Origin: Malacoraja senta
Lineage: Eukaryota
Assembly: GCA_038087875.1 (NCBI GenBank)
Contig: JAXLNO010000081.1
Coordinates: forward strand, 62,001-126,000
DNA length: 64,000 nucleotides
Direction of reading: 5' to 3'
Shown: positions 61,383 through 64,000 of the stretch, piece after piece
How the letters are laid out: each line of letters begins with the position of its first letter
Position numbering within the stretch: position 1 is the stretch's first letter
Program-made: the position numbers and the translations under genes
The notes under the pieces: generated by a model
Databases searched by the model: none
Told to the model about the DNA's origin: nothing
Seen by the model: the letters and a program-made list of their open reading frames with translations, nothing else

Positions 61383-64000
61383 GCTTTGCTTTCCAGAGGC
61401 CCAGGGACCGTTGCAGGAGGAGTACCCAAAACTGCAGCGTTCCATTCTAGTTTCCTATGTGAGGAAGCCGCTGACTGGTGGAAGAGGACTAAGAGGAAGT
61501 AGCTGATTGGTGTCAGACCCCTGCTGATTTCCTCCACCAGTTTGTACTGTATCCAGGGTAAGGGGGGAGAATGAGGGCCAGGGCAGTTTACTGTTCTGGA
61601 TGTCAGATGCGGGAGGTCATGGTGTCGGATACCCCTCCAGACGTCCACATCTGTGCCAGGTGCGTCGAGATGGGGTTCCTAAGGGACCGTATTAGGAACC
61701 TGGAGCAGCAGCTCGATAACCTCTGTCTGATCAGGGAGAGTGAGGAGGTCATAGAAAGGAGTTATAGGGAGGTGGCCACTCCAAGACTACGGGAGGCAGA
61801 CAAGTGGGTTACGGTTAGGAAGAGCAAGGGGCAGAGGCAGAGGGCAGGGACTAGTGAGTACCCCGGTGGCTGTACACCTTGAAAATAAGTACTCTTGTTT
61901 GAGTACTGTTGGGGGGGACAGCCTTCCTGGGGGTAGCGACAGCGGCCGGGCCTCCGGCACAGAGACCGGCCCCATGGCTCAGAAGGATAGGGAAAAGAAG
62001 AGGAGGGCAATAGTAATAGGGGACTCGATGGTTAGGGGGTCGGATAGGCGATTCCGTGGACGCATTCAGGAGACCCGGATGGTAGTTTGCCTCCCTGGTG
62101 CCAGGGTCAGGGATGTGTCTGAACGCATCCAAGATATCCTGAAATCGGAGGGAGAGGAGCCTGAGGTTGTGGTACATATAGGTACCAATGACATAGGCAG
62201 AAAAAGAGAAGAGGTCCTGAAAGGAGAATTTAGGGAGTTGGGAGGAGAGTTAAGGAGAAGGACCGCAAAGGTAACAATCTCAGGATTACTACCTATGCCA
62301 CGCGACAGTGAGAGTAGGAATGGAATGAGGTGGAGGATAAATGCGTGGCTGAGGAACTGGGGCAGCGGGCAGGGATTCGAATTTCTGGATCATTGGGACC
62401 TCTTTTGGGGAAGGTGTGACCTGTACAGAAAGGACGGGTTGCACTTGAACCTGAGGGGGACCAATATCCTGGCGGTGAGATTTGCAAAGGCTACTGGGGA
62501 GACTTTAAACTAGAACGGTTGGGGGGAGGGACTCAAATAGAGAAAGCTGGTAGAAAATGTGGGAGGCAGGAGGCAGAGAAGGGAAGCACTCAGACCCAAA
62601 ATGTAGGGGAGAAAGAAGAAAAAGATAATAAACAGAGAATAAGTGGTGGTGGGTTTCTTAAATGTGTATATTTTAATGCTAGGAGCATTGTAAGAAAGGT
62701 GGATGAGCTTAGAGCCTAGATTGACACCTGGAAATATGATGTTGTGGCGATCAGTGAAACATGGTTGCAGGAGGTTTGTGATTGGAAATTAAATATTCCA
62801 GGATTTCGTTGCTTCAGGGGTGATATAATTGGAGGGGCAAGAGGTGGGGGTGTTGCATTGCTTGTCAAGGAAGATATTACAGCAGTGCTTTGGCAGGATA
62901 GATTAGAGGGCTCGTCTAGGGAGGCTATTTGGGTGGAATTGAGAAATGGGAAAGGTGTAGCAACACATATAGGGGTGTATTATACACCGCCAAATGGGGA
63001 GCGAGAATTGGAAGAGCAAATATGTAAGGAGATAGCAGATATTAGTAGTAAGCACAAGGTAGTGGTTGTGGGATAATTTAATTTTCCACCCACAGACTGG
63101 GAAACACATTCTGTAAAAGGGCTGGATGGTTTGGAGTTTGTAAAATGTGTGCAGGATAGTTTTTGCAGCAATACATAGAGGTACCTACTAGAGAAGGGGC
63201 AGTGCTGGACCTCCTGTTAGGAAATGAGACAGGGCAGGTGGCGGAGGTATGCGTTGGGGAGCACTTCGTGTCCAGTGATCACAACACAATTAGTTTCAAT
63301 ATAATTATGGAGAGGGTCTGAACTGGACCTAGGGTTGAGATTTTGGATTGGAGAAAAGCTAACTTTGATGAGATGCGAAAGGATTTAAAAGGAGTGAATT
63401 GGGACATGTTGTTTTATGGGAAGGATGTAGAAGAGAAATGGAGGACATTTAAAGGTGAAATTTTAAGAGTACAGAATCTTTATGTCCCTGTTCGGTTGAA
63501 AGGAAAGAGCAAAAATTGGAAAGAGCCATGGTTTTCAAGGGAAATTGGACACGGTTCGGAAAAAGAGAGAGTTTTACAATAATTATAGGCAGCATGGAGT
63601 ACATGAGGTGCTTGAGGAGTATAAAGAATGTAAAAAGAATATTAAGAAAGAAATTAGAAATGCTAAAAGAAGATATGAGGTTGCTTTGGCAAGTAAGGTG
63701 AAAGTAAATCCAAAGGGTTTCTACAGCTATATTAATAGCAAAAGGATAACAAGGAATACAATTGGTCCATTAGAGAGTCAGAGTGGACAGCTATCTGCAG
63801 AGCCAAAAGAGATGGGGGAGATATTGAACAATTTCTTTTCTTCGGTATTCACCAAGGAGAAGGATATGGAATTATGTGAGGTAAGGGAAAGAAGCAGAGT
63901 AGCAATGGAAACTATGACATTCAAAGAAGAGGCGGTGTGGACACTTTTGAAAAATATGAAAACGGATAAGTCTCCAGGTCCTGACAGGATATTCCCGAGG
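61383..64000 (+). mobile_element. CR1 LINE 5' portion: UTR, frameshifted ORF1 (Cys-rich/zipper plus SGNH esterase) and disrupted ORF2 endonuclease
   Basis: CSGC..CARC..LEQQL; IGDS, HIGTND, DGLH esterase motifs (61854-62513); YFNARS, ISETW, SDHN endonuclease motifs. Confidence 0.92.

Larger units (their letters stand above)
46939..64000. repeat. Recent segmental duplicate of about 15266-31120
   Basis: Collinear with offset about 30.8 kb (ORF pairs 19623/50394, 22857/53694, 27283/58084, 29750/60593). Confidence 0.95.

Overview
Eukaryotic, repeat-saturated DNA, most likely from a cartilaginous fish (skate/ray/shark). This is inferred from HER1/HE1-type CR1 3' tails and the retroelement set. No conventional host gene is recognisable. 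The backbone is a strand-asymmetric pentamer-based satellite (AACTC/AACTG/CACTA), interrupted 18 times by full or partial copies of a ~650-bp complex module. Diagnostic variants sort the modules into four types that recur in the fixed order beta-gamma-alpha-delta (a higher-order repeat). On top of this is a recent ~30.8-kb duplication (about 15.3-31.1 kb vs 46.9-64 kb). On the minus strand, 16 modules carry a 36-nt segment with a canonical-looking acceptor and, in 14 of them, a GT donor. It reads GWSSGYDKNGGY-like in phase 1 or DGQVDTIRTEAT-like in phase 0, so it is a candidate micro-exon array of an unrecognised repeat-protein gene or its relic. Inserted elements: a full-length L1 with both ORFs open and a 14-bp TSD, many CR1 pieces, a Gmr1-type Gypsy remnant (PR-IN-RT order), Penelope-like fragments with minimal hammerhead motifs, a DIRS-like 3' end, an L2/Crack-like LINE and three GC-rich non-coding retroposon-like inserts.
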